Source: Malacoraja senta
Taxonomy: Eukaryota
Direction: 5' to 3'
Assembly: GCA_038087875.1 (NCBI GenBank)
Contig: CM075990.1
Span: 16,060,001 to 16,124,000, forward strand
DNA: 64,000 nt
Shown here: one piece after another, positions 25,282 to 38,400 of the stretch
Position numbering within the stretch: position 1 is the first letter of the stretch
Layout of the letters: the number at the start of each line of letters is the position of its first letter
The notes under the pieces: generated by a model
The model's input: the letters and a program-made list of their open reading frames with translations, nothing else
The model's database searches: none
Told to the model about the DNA's origin: nothing
Program-made: the position numbers and the translations under genes

Positions 25282-26739
25282 GCAGTCATTGGCGAGGCCG
25301 CATATGGAGTATTGTGTTCAGTTTTGGTCCGTTTATAGCAAGGATGGTGTTAAGCTGGAAAGAGTGCAGGGAACATTTAAGAGAATGTTGCAGGACTTGA
25401 GGGCCTGAATAATGCGCTGTCTGCCAGGGGTGCAACGTGAGCCGCAACAGCCGTGTCAGCTGGTCAGTGAGCTAGTTTTGAAGCAGGGCAGAAGAGGTCG
25501 GCGACTCAGCCGTGGGTTGTTCTCCACCGCCTTCTTCACCATCCCACCGACAGTGGCCAAAACTAGAAGAGAAACGAGCTCAGGCAATGCTTTTATATCT
25601 ATGAAGCAGACTGGAAGCCCTCACCATCCTCCTTTTGCAACAGCACAGGTCATTCAGGAAACGGAACTAGCTATTGTGAATTGTTTACTCAGTGCAAGTT
25701 TACGTAACTTGCCTATTACATAAGTCGAGGAGTGCCTGCAGTTAGTTTTTGTCAGGTTGTATTACAAAATAATTTATCCAGCTACAAGATCTTAAAATAT
25801 ACCGGGATTTTGTGGTTGCTTCAATATTCTCTATTCTTCCCTGTTACTGAGAAGTCAAATGAATCACTGCGATCCAAATGATTTGAAATCAGAGGACAAA
25901 CATCCAACAACGATGAGATGAAAATCCAGCCTCACTCCCCAAAGCTGACTGGTGAATGTCCCGTTCCCAAGCCCTTTCATAAGTGACAATGCCATAGATA
26001 GGATGTGAATAAACAGACGGTGGTCATACTTTCCTGCAGATGTGAAGCTGAGGTAACTTGACACACTATCTTCAGTGGAGTACTAAGCAAAATACACGTA
26101 GCCAAAAAACAAGTAGTTAAACCAAAATCCCGTCTGCACTCCAGTGTGGACGAATAAAATATCCATGGCATTAATTCAATGCAAACCAGAGGGAATTGAC
26201 TATTCCTGTATCCTAGTCATTAATGACCCCTCCAGCAAAATCTTTCACATTTCTCATACTGAGCACTCTGACATATTAAATGTGTGCTTATGACCTTGAT
26301 TGTAGTGAAAATGCTTAAATGCTGGACTCAATATCTAACAACTTCCGACATCCAACTGAAATATTGGCTCAGCTTGGTTGTTTTGTTTTTCAATCATATT
26401 TTTCCTTTTTGAAGTGAAGACATTCTCGCCCTGATCTACTGCGCACATCTTCCTACTCTGCATTTCATAACTCCTGCATTCTTTTGTCTATGTTTGCACT
26501 CTTTAATTGCTCCCATTCACTCATTCACCAGATAACCGCTACCCCATGATTATCCCAGTTTTGCTCAGACATTCCGCCCTTTTCGCAGCTTATCAGGCTT
26601 TTTTTCTCTTTCCCAATTCTGACAAGGAGTCATCAATGTGAAACGTTAACTCTGTTTGTCTTTCCACAGATACCACCAGATAGGCTGAGTACTTCCAATG
26701 GTTTCGGTTTCTTTCTTTAATGCAGTAAATCTCCTGGGA

Positions 26740-28700
26740 GAATTTGCCTCTGGGGAACTGGACGGGCCGGGACATGCTGCCAGTGTACAACACTATGCTT
26801 TTAGCAGGCATCATATCAGAATCCACGAGGAACAACAACATCACCCTCATCTATAAACAGAAAGGGGAAATGGAGGGCATCAGAAATTGTTGGCCCATAT
26901 CACTGATGAATGTGGATTACAAGTTGCGGTCCAAGGTCGTCATCAATTGAGTCAGATGGATTGCCATACCAAGCGTGAAATCTCTGACAGCAGTGCACTG
27001 CTCAGAGGCACCATGTGCTGGACAAGAGAATGAACACATGCATGGTCAGGTTGCACCAGGAGAAAGCTTTTGATACATTATTGAACATGTATAAGCTATC
27101 CAAAATGGGCTTTTGGAGAAGGAAGCAGGAATAATATATAATTGCTCTCCACAGATATCAATTGCGCAGTTCAAATTAACAGATAGAAAACAGAAATCGT
27201 CCCAATCAAATTAGTCATGTAAGCTGTATACTCTTCTGACTTGCTTGCATGTTGTATCAAGCCTCTTGCTGAATCTATCTTGAAACCCATGGGTACAATA
27301 GGGGTGAGAATGTCAGGCAGTAGGGCACTCACATCAAATCCTCCCTGTACATAAACAACATTACCATTTTCTGCACAAACGCTCTATCAGTTCAACCAGA
27401 CCAACGGCTGTGACTACTCTGACTCTCCTCAAGGGCCAGGGTCAACCTCAGTGAGAGCGAAGCCCAACATCTGAATAAATAGTCTGACTGATTATGTATT
27501 GGCTGGACTAGGTAGCCAAGGTGAAACAGAAACTGGGAATGTGGGAGCAGTTCTTTTTTTTGATGGCGATCATAAACCTAGTCATCATGCAAGAGCTGCT
27601 TTTGATATTGCAGTATGTGGCAGAAATGTGGCCCATACACCATTCCTGCTCAGTCTCAATCACCTGAGCCATCTTCTGTTTCACCTCGAGATTCGGAATG
27701 GATCATATCCATTCAATGTTCATGCTCTCCACTGAAAAAGGGAATATATATTCAACATAGCCCTTCTCCTGATGGCCACCTTTAATAGTTGCTGTATCAA
27801 ACTGTGCAGTCAAGTACAAAAACACCAAACATCACCATGTGTGGAGGTTCCACCGGTCCCTGTTGTAAAGGATGGGCCTCTGCTACACAAAGCTTCTGGA
27901 CCTCGCCACACTACCTGTCTTCGTAGGAACGTTTCTGCAGAAAAACACCTCTTCTTCACAAGTCTATCAGGCAGTACTCAGCATGAAATGTCGGAACACA
28001 ACCAGGACCCTGAAGGATGGTTGCCCAAGCAGACTGCCGGTCATTTGGCAGAATGCCTCACCCACAGACAAGCAACAAGACATCACTTGGCTATAAGTGA
28101 GGTAACTCCCGTTATAAGCTGTCCTTGAAATGGCTATGGTATGGATCTGTTTGCACTGTGCATTTGCCAAGCTCTGGATAAGGATTCAATGGTCCTCATC
28201 AAGATTCACTCTGAGCAATTGTGTAACAGGGGACTCTGTGAGCTCATATCCGGAGACAAACATCAACTACTGCTGTTAGATAATTTACTTGACATAAGAC
28301 ACAGTTGGTCTAACAAAACTGTTGGTCTTTGGGTAAAAGGGAATGTCCACGTGCAAATAGTGTGAACTGGACCGCTCTAAAGTGCAGGAATATGTACTGA
28401 AGAACACAGCAAAGCTTGGTGCAGTCATAAAGGTTCCATTGAAAAGGATGAATGAAAAGCCTCTTGCCAGTCCTGGACATTGAGGGACTGAGCCCTGTGT
28501 AACAGCTTCTCAAATGTTTCAATGGTGCAATATTTACAAAGAAAACATGCGAGGCTCTGGTGCACCGTAGGAGAATGCACTGAACCATTGGCATAGTGAG
28601 TGTCGAGAGAGATGAGTACCAATTGTATATAGTATGAAGTATATATTTGAAATATATAAAGTTCTGATTTACACTGCTGCTTTTGGGAAATGTTACTCAT
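26740..28700 (+). mobile_element. Tx1-clade LINE ORF2 relic
   Basis: ITLIYKQKGEMEGIRNCWPISLMNVDYKLRSK (RT domain 1-2 type), followed by degenerate QEKAFD-like and later RT/C-terminal segments. Confidence 0.7.
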
Positions 28701-30779
28701 TAGTTAGATATGCTCTTAAGCTATATTTCTTAAATTCCATAGTTTGTGAAAGTGGTTTACAGCTCCTATTTTTTATATTAATTCATAAACTGAGGGAAGA
28801 GAATCTTAAAAAAATTGTCCACCAACAGGAAGATATATATTAGTCTTCACATTTCTTCAATTTCCTCTCAACTCCAAAACATCCACACTTTTAACCACTT
28901 TGATTCCACATTCAGAATCTTCCATTACACTCCTCATTCTTCCAGATTTTCACCAGATCTGTTACTAACAGGTTAACTGAATTGACAGTAACTAAATGTC
29001 ATTCTAGTTGTTGTAAATATTCCCAGTTCCAGCTCAAGAACCATTTACCTACTCGATTTTATGACTTGATACAACCCAACTAAATCATCCTTTAAACTCA
29101 ATGCCAAGGAATAGGCTGTTCACTCAATCCATCATTTAAATTGACGCCTTGTAAATTATCGTAGGATGTAAAATTGTGTGCTTTTTTTTAAACAATGAGA
29201 TCTGAACAAAATATCAATTACTTGTAATGTACAAATGCAAAATTAATGCTTTAGTTTTATTTGCATCTACACATTGACAGGAAAACACCTTGCTTTCTTC
29301 AATGTCTCACAGGTAGCCATAAATGAAATATCATCCACTTTCATTCTCGCTTGCAGCTGCAGCCTCGCCTTTGTACATAAAAGCATTCAAACAGAAAGAT
29401 ACACAACGTACATGCAAAGAATCTTTCTTTCAATCCATATAATCATTCTCACATTAACATCCAAACAAAGCCGCAATATCACTGCGCTCATAGATGGTTG
29501 TGCAGAGCCAGACATATAAAAATCAACTGGATATCTTCACATAGATTTAGAAAGAGTTAGATCATCTTTTTATACAAATGGTGGATATTGCACAGCTCCT
29601 GCACTCACGCACAAGCCTAAGGAAATGTACAGATCCTGGCACAGTTACACACAATTACATAGCCAGTGCAAAGTAGCCTGGCAGGTTCAGTCAAGTGTAG
29701 CCAAGTGCATGGCTTCACGGAGGCCTAAGCACAGAATCACCCATAAACATTGACAGTGGTACTAACAGATTAAATGTATCATTCTCATTAGAAAATTTGC
29801 ACCTGTAATCTCAAATGCTTATTCAAAATTTGAAAGCCAGCACATATCACTTTCAGGTAAATTGTAAGCTGGTGCATTTGATTCTCACTCGGGATCTCTC
29901 AAACAAGGTGTATTGCTGTACCAATAGATAAAAGCGGTCTCATCCTCAGACATGGAAATAAGCAAAGCCAAACATACATTTATAACTATAAATTTGTTTT
30001 ATGCTCATAAATTGAAAGCACTCTGTCAGAATGACCATTACACTGTTCTATTCTGCACAGACAAACTTTCATTGAGCTATACACTGATATAGATGGAGAC
30101 AGTTCCTCCAATGTCAAAACGTACACCATTCTCATGCAGAAAGTTACACATAAATAAATGTCAGGCACCCATGGAGGCAAATCACAGACCTGTTTCCAAG
30201 TCAGACTAGTGTACAACTACACAATTCAACAAATAAGCTTATGTTTTGTTTAACAAATACATTTCAGTCAGGTTCTCAATCACAACGTAATTACTCCCTT
30301 ACACAAAGATATACAACATACGAATGGCAGATTTCACAAGTCAATAGACGGCCCCAGGAAAACTCATGAATATTCCTGCCCTTATGCAACCGTACACACT
30401 CGCCAGATGAACGGTAGATGAGGAGAAAGTGAGGGAATGGAGTGGGAGCAAATGGGCCCAATAGTTGCATCATGGAAACCAAGATGTTGGTGCCCTCAAC
30501 AACTCAGAGGGGATGTTGAGGAGGAGGATGTGCCAGCAGACTGCCAGGGGGCATGTATAAAGTATTAATGTCTGATGTTGGATGGTGCCAGAGAGTAGAC
30601 TCCATAAGAAGGATGGGTGCGGATGTGTTGATGTACAGGGAAGGTGCAGTGTTGTTGCGTAGAGGGTGGGTTGTTCTGTGGTAGGTGCAAGAGGTTGTTG
30701 AGGGTGCAGGAAGGATGTTGTGTTGATGGTTTGATGTGCAGAGAGGGTGCTGGAGGGCAGGTGACAGGCTGGGGTGTTG

Positions 30780-31839
30780 CAGGGGTCTGTCGCGCGGGGG
30801 GATGTTGGTGTGTGCATTTGTGGGTGGGGATGTGTTGATGGGGTAAGTGGGGTGGGTGCATGTGTGTGGGGTGTGGGTGTGTATACCCATGTATGTGGGT
30901 GGGGTATGTGTGTCTGTGGATAGGGTAGGGTAGGAAGTGCGTGTGCACGTGTGGGTGGGGTGTGTATGTGTATGTGTGTGGTTATGCGTGCTGGTGGGGT
31001 GAGGGTGGTGTTTGTGTGAGTGTGGGGTTTGTGAGTGTGTGCATGCGTGTGTGTGCGGGTGGTGTGTGCAGGTGGGATTGTGTGTGTGTGCGCGTGGGGC
31101 GTGAGTGCGTGCGGGCGGGGTGTGTGGCGGTGGGTGGTGTGTGCGCGCGCTGGTGTGGCGTGTGTGGTTCGGATGGTGTGTGTGGGTGGTGTGTGTGCGT
31201 GCGGGGGGTGTGTGTGTGCGGGTGGGGGGTGCGCGGGTGGGGAGGTGTGTGTGTGTGTGGGGGTGGGTGCGGTGTGTGTGAGGGTGTGTGTGGTGGGGGT
31301 GTGAGTGAGTGTGTGTGATGTGGTGGGGGTGTGTGAGAGTATGTGTGTGTGGGGTGGGGGTGTGAGTGAGATTGTGTGTGTGTGTGTGTGTGTGTGTGGG
31401 GGTGCGTGTATGCGGGTGTGTGTGGTGTGGTGAGAGTGTGTGTGTGTGTGAGTGTGTGTGTGTGTGAGAGCGCATGTGGGTGTATGTGTGTGCAGGCGGG
31501 GTGGGGGTGTGTATGTGGTGGGGTGCATGTGGTGGAGTGTGTGTGGGGGTGTATGTGTGTGAAGCGTGGTGGGGTGTGTGCGTGGGGGTGGGGGGTGTGA
31601 GTGTGTGTGCGAGAGTGTGTGTGTGCAGGCGGGGTGGGGGTGTGTATGTGAGAGTGTGTGTGTGTGTGTGTGGGGGTGTGTGTGGTGGGGGTGTGTGTGT
31701 GGTGGGGTGTGTATGTGAGAGTGTGTGCGTGTGTGTGTGTGTGAGTGTGTGTGTGTGTGTGTGTGGGGGGGGTGTGTGTGTGTGTGTGGGGGGGTGTGTG
31801 TGTGTGTGTGTGTGAGTGTGTGTGTGTGTGTATGTGAGT

Positions 31840-31872
<33 letters not shown>

Positions 31873-31971
31873 GGGGGGGGGTGTGTGTGTATGTGAGTGT
31901 GTGTGTGCGTGTGTGTGTGCGTGTGTGCGTGTGTGTGTGCGTGTGTGTGTGTGTGTGTGTTCCCCAGTGTG

Positions 31972-32002
<31 letters not shown>

Positions 32003-32006
32003 TCCC

Positions 32007-32041
<35 letters not shown>

Positions 32042-32086
32042 CCCCAGTGTGTGTGTGCGTGTGTGCGTGTGTGTGTGTGTGTTCCC

Positions 32087-32125
<39 letters not shown>

Positions 32126-32160
32126 CCCCAGTGTGTGTGTGCGTGTGTGTGTGTGTTCCC

Positions 32161-32225
<65 letters not shown>

Positions 32226-32264
32226 TGTGTGTGTGTGCGTGTGTGTGTGTGTGTGTGTGTTCCC

Positions 32265-32298
<34 letters not shown>

Positions 32299-32300
32299 TG
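30780..32300. repeat. (TG)n/G-rich microsatellite with a distal TTCCCCAG-(TG)n minisatellite
   Basis: Direct reading; seven TTCCCCAG interruptions between 31960 and 32268. Confidence 0.97.
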
Positions 32301-32850
32301 GGGGTTTGACGCGCAGGTCCACACACGCAGCCCTCGCCCACCCACCCTGCCCCCGGGCGGCCCGTTGCCCCCCCCCCCCGCTCCTGTCTTCTCTCACCTC
32401 AACTCTCCGTAGCGGCCCGACCGGCGCCGTCCCGCTGTTATCTGCAGCGCGGAGGCGTAGTGCGGCTGTGGGGAGGCGGCGCTGCTCGGTGCCGGTACCA
32501 GAGGCCGCTGCCCGGCCCCATTCCCGCTCCCGAGGGCGCGCTCGTCCTCTCCGCTCGGCCGCTGCCTGACCGCTGCCCCTGCGTATGCGCGGGGGACGGA
32601 CGGACGGACGGACGGCGCAACCGCTCACTGCGCCTGCGCCGCTCGTCCCGCCCACGCACTGAGGAGGAGAATCCCGGGACTGCGCACTGCGCACGCGCCG
32701 CTGCCGGCCGCTCCGTGGTCCTCACTGCTCATGCGCGTCATTGCCGGCCGCGCCAACCGCCCCGCCTCGATCTCTTCAGTGCGCCTGCGCGCCCAGAGCG
32801 GGAGGCGCCCGTCGTGGACCGGGCACGAAGGACGACATGAAGTGTAAGCT
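32300..32850 (-). promoter_or_regulatory. CpG-island promoter with clustered NRF1-like motifs
   Basis: Very high GC/CpG content; TGCGCCTGCGC (32629-32639 and ~32780), TGCGCACTGCGCACGCGC (~32681), GCTCATGCGC (~32727). Confidence 0.8.
32398..32625 (-). other. Candidate non-coding first exon of the minus-strand gene
   Basis: Donor GAG|GTGAGA at 32397 at the edge of the CpG island, downstream of the NRF1-like cluster; TSS position is estimated. Confidence 0.55.
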
Positions 32851-32943
32851 CTCAACTTTCAATGACAGGCAGCTGCGCTTGTCCTTATTTATGGTGCTGA
32901 AGAATCTCACGCATGCAGCATCTGGCCCATTTGTCGAAATTGC

Positions 32944-33605
32944 TCATAAGTTATAGGAGCAGAATAAGGCCATTCAGCCCATCGAGTCTACTCCGCCATT
33001 CAATCATCATGGCTGATCTATCTCTCCCTCTCAACCCCATTCTCTTCTCCTGCCCTCCCCCCATAACCCCTGACACACACACTAAACAAGAATCTATCAA
33101 TGTGTAAGAAGGAAGTGCAGATGCTGGTTTAAACCAAAGAGAGACACATATAGCTGGAGTAACTCAGCTAGACGGGCGGCATCTCTGGCGAGAAGGAATG
33201 GTTGACCTTTCGGGTCGAGATCCTTCTTCAGACCAATCGATCTCTGGCTTTAAACTATCCATTGGCTTCACCCCCACAGCCGTCTGTGGCAATGAAATCC
33301 ACAGATTAACCATATAACCATATAACAATTACAGCACGGAAACAGGCCATCTCGACCCTTCTAGTCCGTGCCGGACACGTATTCTCCCCTAGTCCCATAT
33401 ACCTGCGCTCAGACCATAACCCTCCATTCCTTTCCCGTCCATAATATAACCATATAACAAAGGGATTTATTCACCACCCTCTGACTAAATAAATTCCTCC
33501 TCATCTTTCTAAAGGAACATCCTTTAATTCAGAGGTTATGGCTCTGGTTCGAGACTCTCCCACTATTGAAAACATCCTCTCCACGTCCACTCTATCCAGG
33601 CCTTT
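32944..33605 (-). mobile_element. CR1 3' end with nested Penelope-like repeat (33101-33234) and a second CR1 tail (33308-33458)
   Basis: CR1 3' UTR motifs; nested repeat flanked by AATCTATC/AATCGATC; (AACCATAT)n tail. Confidence 0.8.
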
Positions 33606-33862
33606 CATTGTGTCATCGAAAACTGTGAATTATGATAAAATTGGGTTTGATTTGTAAGTCTCCAAGATCAGTCTTACCGAAGGACCAACACACCTCGGAC
33701 TGTCCTATTGTTTAAAAACCTCTTTGCTCTGGTAAACCAAAAGAAAAATTCCCCAACGAGCAATTAATTGTTGTCAGTCCCAAAAACTACTATTTCCTGC
33801 CTTTTACTATATCTATCTTGGGAATTACTTGGGAAACTACTTGGGAATTATTTGACTAGGTT

Positions 33863-34060
33863 CATAAGTTCTAGGAGCAGAATTAGGCCATACGGCCCAT
33901 CAGGCTACTCTGCAATTCAATCACGGCTGATCTATCCCTCTCAACCACATTCTCCTGCCATCTCCCTATAACCTTTGACACCCTTTCTGATCAAGAATTT
34001 GTCAATTTCTGCCTTAAAAATATTCTATGACCTGGCCTCCACAGCTGTCTGGCAATGAAT
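33863..34060 (-). mobile_element. CR1 3' end fragment
   Basis: Homologous to 32944-33100 and to the 3' part of 43928-44390. Confidence 0.75.
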
Positions 34061-35216
34061 TAGCTATCGTTAATTTTATGTCATTGGTTGTCCAGCAGTC
34101 AGTAGAAGCAAGATTTTTCATATTAAAAGCAGATGGTTATGCATATTGCTCCCTATATGTCCCTATTGGGGCCCCAAATTGCTTTCCAGCCCAAATTCAA
34201 TACGTTGAAATTTGATCAGAGCAGAAAACATTCTCACAGACTGTAATGTGTTTACAAATGTTAAAGTTTCATAAAAAATACTGTGGATGTTGTAGATCCG
34301 AAATGAGAATGCAAGAAATTAGACTAGGAGTAGGCCATTTAGTCCCTGGAACCTATTCCACCTTTAATCACCATATTCCTACTTTTCCCCAAATCTCTTA
34401 ATATTTAAAAATAGAATTTTAGTTTGAAATGAAATCAATTTCTCACAGCCCTGCAAAATAGAGAAATCCATAGTTCACCGTCCTCTGTCGAAAGAAATTT
34501 CTCCTAATTTCAGTTCTAAATAGCCTATCTCTTATTTTGAGACTGTGTCCCCTAGTTCTAGATTCCTCAACCAGAGATAACATTTTCCACAAATCTACCC
34601 TGTTCACCCCTTTAAAAATATTGCACTTTTCATTGGGATCCTCTTTAACCTCAATTACAAATTAATATTTTTCTACATTTTCGTAAAGAACAAGTTAACA
34701 TGTTCCGACAATGCACACCATTTGCTGGATCTTTGACTACTCACCGAACCTATCTACATCCCATTTTATCCTTGTAACGTCTCTTCACAACTTACTTTCC
34801 TGCCTATCTTTGTATCCTTATCAGTTAAGGCAACTATACCACTTCATTAAAGTTATTTACATAAACTATAAAAAGTTGAATCTTTGATGCCACATATTGT
34901 TTGCTTCCCTATTTGAATGGTTTCCTGAACTGCGAGCACCATGGTTTGTTAAATATCCACACTGCTGACCCACTATCATACAAACAAGCTGAAAGAATCT
35001 CATATCCATTGGACATTCGTAAAGGTTGAGGCTGATGTTTTCTTGACCCCTATCTCCTGCCTCAAATAGTGGAATGTACTAATATTTTCCTCTTTATCTC
35101 CATGAATAAAAGTAAAATCCATTCAATTGATGATACTACACACAACATGATGTAAATAAATGCTTATTATCCAGAAAATACAAATCATTTCATTGTACCC
35201 TCAGTTCATGAAGAAT

Positions 35217-35528
35217 TTTAGTTTAGTTTAGAGATACAGCGTGGAAACGGGCCCTTCGGCCCACCAAGTCCGCACCAACCAGCGATCCCAACACATTAAC
35301 ACTATCCTATACACACTAGGGTCAATTTACAGTTTTGCCAAACCAATTAACCTACAAACCTGTAAGTATTTGTGGATTGTGGGAGGAAACCGAAGATCTC
35401 GAAGAAAACCCACGTAGATCAAGGGGAGAACGTACAAACTCTATACAGACAATTCCCGTGTCATGATCGAACCCGGGTCCCCGGAGCTGTAAGACAGCAA
35501 CCCTACCACTGCGCCACTGTGCCACCCT
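35217..35528 (-). mobile_element. HE1/V-SINE-like SINE
   Basis: Full-length reverse copy with head GGCACAGTGGCGCAGTGGTAG and (TAAAC)n tail. Confidence 0.88.
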
Positions 35529-35811
35529 ATTCAATGGCTGTTGGAAGATCTGTAAACAAGGCATGTAGCCCCACTAATATATGCTGTACTGCAAACTCAT
35601 ATCTCAACTGTAGCTGTTATGTCTTCGGACAACGATATGGCTGTTTGAATTAGGTATTATGGAGCTTCTGTATGGTCCCACTGCATTATTCCGAAATGGA
35701 GGGAACAGTGAACATGGTGCAACACCAGTCAAAGAGCAGAAAGAGAAGATAGAGGATGTGTGGTCCAGGAGTTTGTTTTATAAGCATTCATCACGAGCTA
35801 CTTATAACTAT

Positions 35812-36060
35812 TAGGTTTAGGTTTATTATTGTCACGTGTACCGAGGTACGGTGAAAAACTTTGTTTTGCATGCTATCCAAACAGATCCGATATACTATAT
35901 ATAAATATAATCAAGCCAAGCTCAAGTACAATAGATCGAGCAATGGGGAAGATGTAGAGTGCAGAATGTAGTTTTCAGCATGATAACGCATCAGTTCTAT
36001 AGACAAAGCCCAATGTCCACAGTTGAGGACATTGAGATGAATCAGGCATTACCCTAGCCT
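35812..36060 (-). mobile_element. LINE 3'-tail fragment (Rex1-like), dispersed repeat
   Basis: TTTCACCGTACCTCGGTACACGTGACAATAATAAACCT tail; related copies at ~50015, ~56300 and 63113-63330. Confidence 0.6.
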
Positions 36061-37299
36061 AAGTGTATTTCAGGCAATTTGTTCAAGAACTTATTTCCAT
36101 ACATTTCAACTTTAAAGGCTCATACCATCCAACCAACATCAGCTTTGTTGATCTCAGTGCCTGTGCAAAGTGGAGTCAATACCAAGTGCAATAGGTCAAA
36201 CAGGCTCAGAATGCAGAGGCAGAGAGGAGCAAGATGCTGGAAAAGTTCCCACAGAGAAAGAATGATCTTGGAAGGGTGGTGGTGATGTCACAAACCTATC
36301 TAATCCATGCCAATATTTAGCTTTGAACCAGAATCACTAAACTACATTGTTTATCTGGGACATCGCTGTGTTGAAGGAAGATGCTGTTTGAATGCACGTT
36401 AATCAACAGGGATAAGTATATTTGAAACAATTTCAATGGGAGGAGTAAGGTTGACCAGGAAATAAACTCAATGAGGAATTTCCACAAAATGTTTCTAGGT
36501 TTTCATTAGGAAAAGGTCAAATTTGTTCTGACGAAATAACATTAGCATGGAGAGGTCAGGGTCAGTTGGGGGGGGGGGGTGGTAGCTGTTAAGAAATATA
36601 AAGATTTTATTATTAACCTTTGCTCAACTTCAAGAGAAAATGATGAACAATGACTTTCACCTTTGTTTTGTCAGTCAGTGGGGTGTGGAGGCATATTTGC
36701 AATTTAACTTCCATACAGATTTGTGGCACTCACATCTTCCTCCAATAATTGAAGAATCAGTGAATTACTTCTTTTCTGCAGATGCTGGAGACACTCTCTA
36801 TGAAAAGGCATCAGTCGAGGGTCACTGACTCACCTTTATTTAGAGAAAAGGGAGACCCTGTACTTAAAATAAAATGCCAAGATAATTGTCTTAAGAGCAA
36901 TTAATCTCATAAACCTCTTGTGAATAGTCCTCAATATTCATTTGGTAGTGGGAAAATTGGTTCACAGACAACTGACTGTTTCTGTGTAGAAATATACTCT
37001 ATTGACTCACAAGTTTAATATTCAGTAGCCAAAGTTGCAGGAGGATTTAACTAATGTAACTTAATATTTCAAACCTTTGTCACACTGTCACTCACAAATA
37101 CTGCAGATGAATATGGTATTCTTTCTCGGCCTCAAATTTCCCTGGCCCTTTTTTACTCTTCCAGTATATTCGGCAAACTAAAACCCTCACGTTTCCACCT
37201 AGATGTGAATAGTGGATTGTGCCTTCTGTACAATGTGCTAGCTTTCACCCAGCCTACCACTATCTCAGTGCCTTTAAAATAAACAGTATGAATGCAACA

Positions 37300-37850
37300 T
37301 GTGCTTGAATACAATATCGCATTTGTGACTCCACTTTTTAAGAAGGGAGCGTGGCATAAGAAAGGATATTGTAGACCAGTTTGTCTGACTTCTGTCGGGG
37401 GAAATGTAGAGTTCATTATTAAGGATGATGTTTCGGGGTACTTGGAAGCGCATGATAAAATCATTCTGAGGCTTTGTTAGGCACGGGCGAGGCCACATTT
37501 GGAATATTATGAGCAGTTTTGAGCCCATATCTGACAAAGGATGTGCTGACTTTGAAGAGGTCCACATGAGGTTTAAGAGATGATTGGGTTAATGTATGAG
37601 GAGCGTTTGAAGGCTCTGGGGCTGTACTCGCTGCAGTTTAGAATGAGGGGGCATCTCATTGAAACCTACCGGATGATGAAAGGCCTAGATAGAGTGGATG
37701 TGGAAAGGATGTTTCCAGTAACTGGAGAGTGTAGATCCAGAGGGCACAGAATAAAAGGAAGATGAGGAGTAATTTATTTGGCCAGAGGGTGGTAAATCTG
37801 CGGAATTCATTGCTGGAGTCAATATCCAAGACATTGGATATTTTCAAAGC
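37300..37850 (+). mobile_element. Diverged CR1 RT fragments
   Basis: VTPLFKKG...YCRPVCLTSVGG; GLMYEERLKALGLYSL. Confidence 0.8.
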
Positions 37851-38062
37851 GGTCGATCGGACCTCAAAGATGTTGGTCATCTCAAAGATAATTTATTGTT
37901 GCTTCAGATGCTATTCCTATCCCTGCCTTCTAAGGCACAAATAATTGAAAAGAATAGGGAAGGAGAAAATCTAAAAATAGGGATAAGAGAATAGTGCCAT
38001 GATTAAGAAATCATCTGATAGTTTGACCAGTATGCATTAAAATCGTGCATAATGAAGTTAGT

Positions 38063-38076
38063 GCACCATCTTGTGG
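38063..38076 (-). promoter_or_regulatory. CTCF-like motif
   Basis: CCACAAGATGGTGC on the minus strand. Confidence 0.5.
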
Positions 38077-38400
38077 CCCTCCTCAAAGCATGAAACATTG
38101 TGCAATCTCAGAGTATTAAGTGCAGAAATCCTGATGGATATGTCAGTAAACATGTTCCCATCAGTAGGATGCAAACAATCTTGGAATAGGGAATTAAGTG
38201 AGTCTAAAGAACGGTCCTAACCCGAGATGCTGTCGGAACTGCTGAGTTACTCCAGCATTTTTTATTATCCAGCATAATACAGAAATGCATTCATTGGGAT
38301 CGCAAATTGTTACGTTCTTTATCTTTAGTTCTTAGCTTTGCTATAATTATTTTTAAAGTTCTCTTATAGATGAAGAGAAGTTAATGAAATCAGAAATTAC

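Noticed and set aside
31960..32268. CRISPR-like reading of the regularly spaced TTCCCCAG units
   Set aside because: Spacers are (TG)n rather than unique sequence, the repeat is only 8 bp, there are no cas genes, and the context is eukaryotic
30470..32694. 570-623 aa His/Thr-rich and Cys/Val-rich ORFs
   Set aside because: Stop-free translations of the (CA)n/(TG)n microsatellite in several frames on both strands; no sign of a real protein
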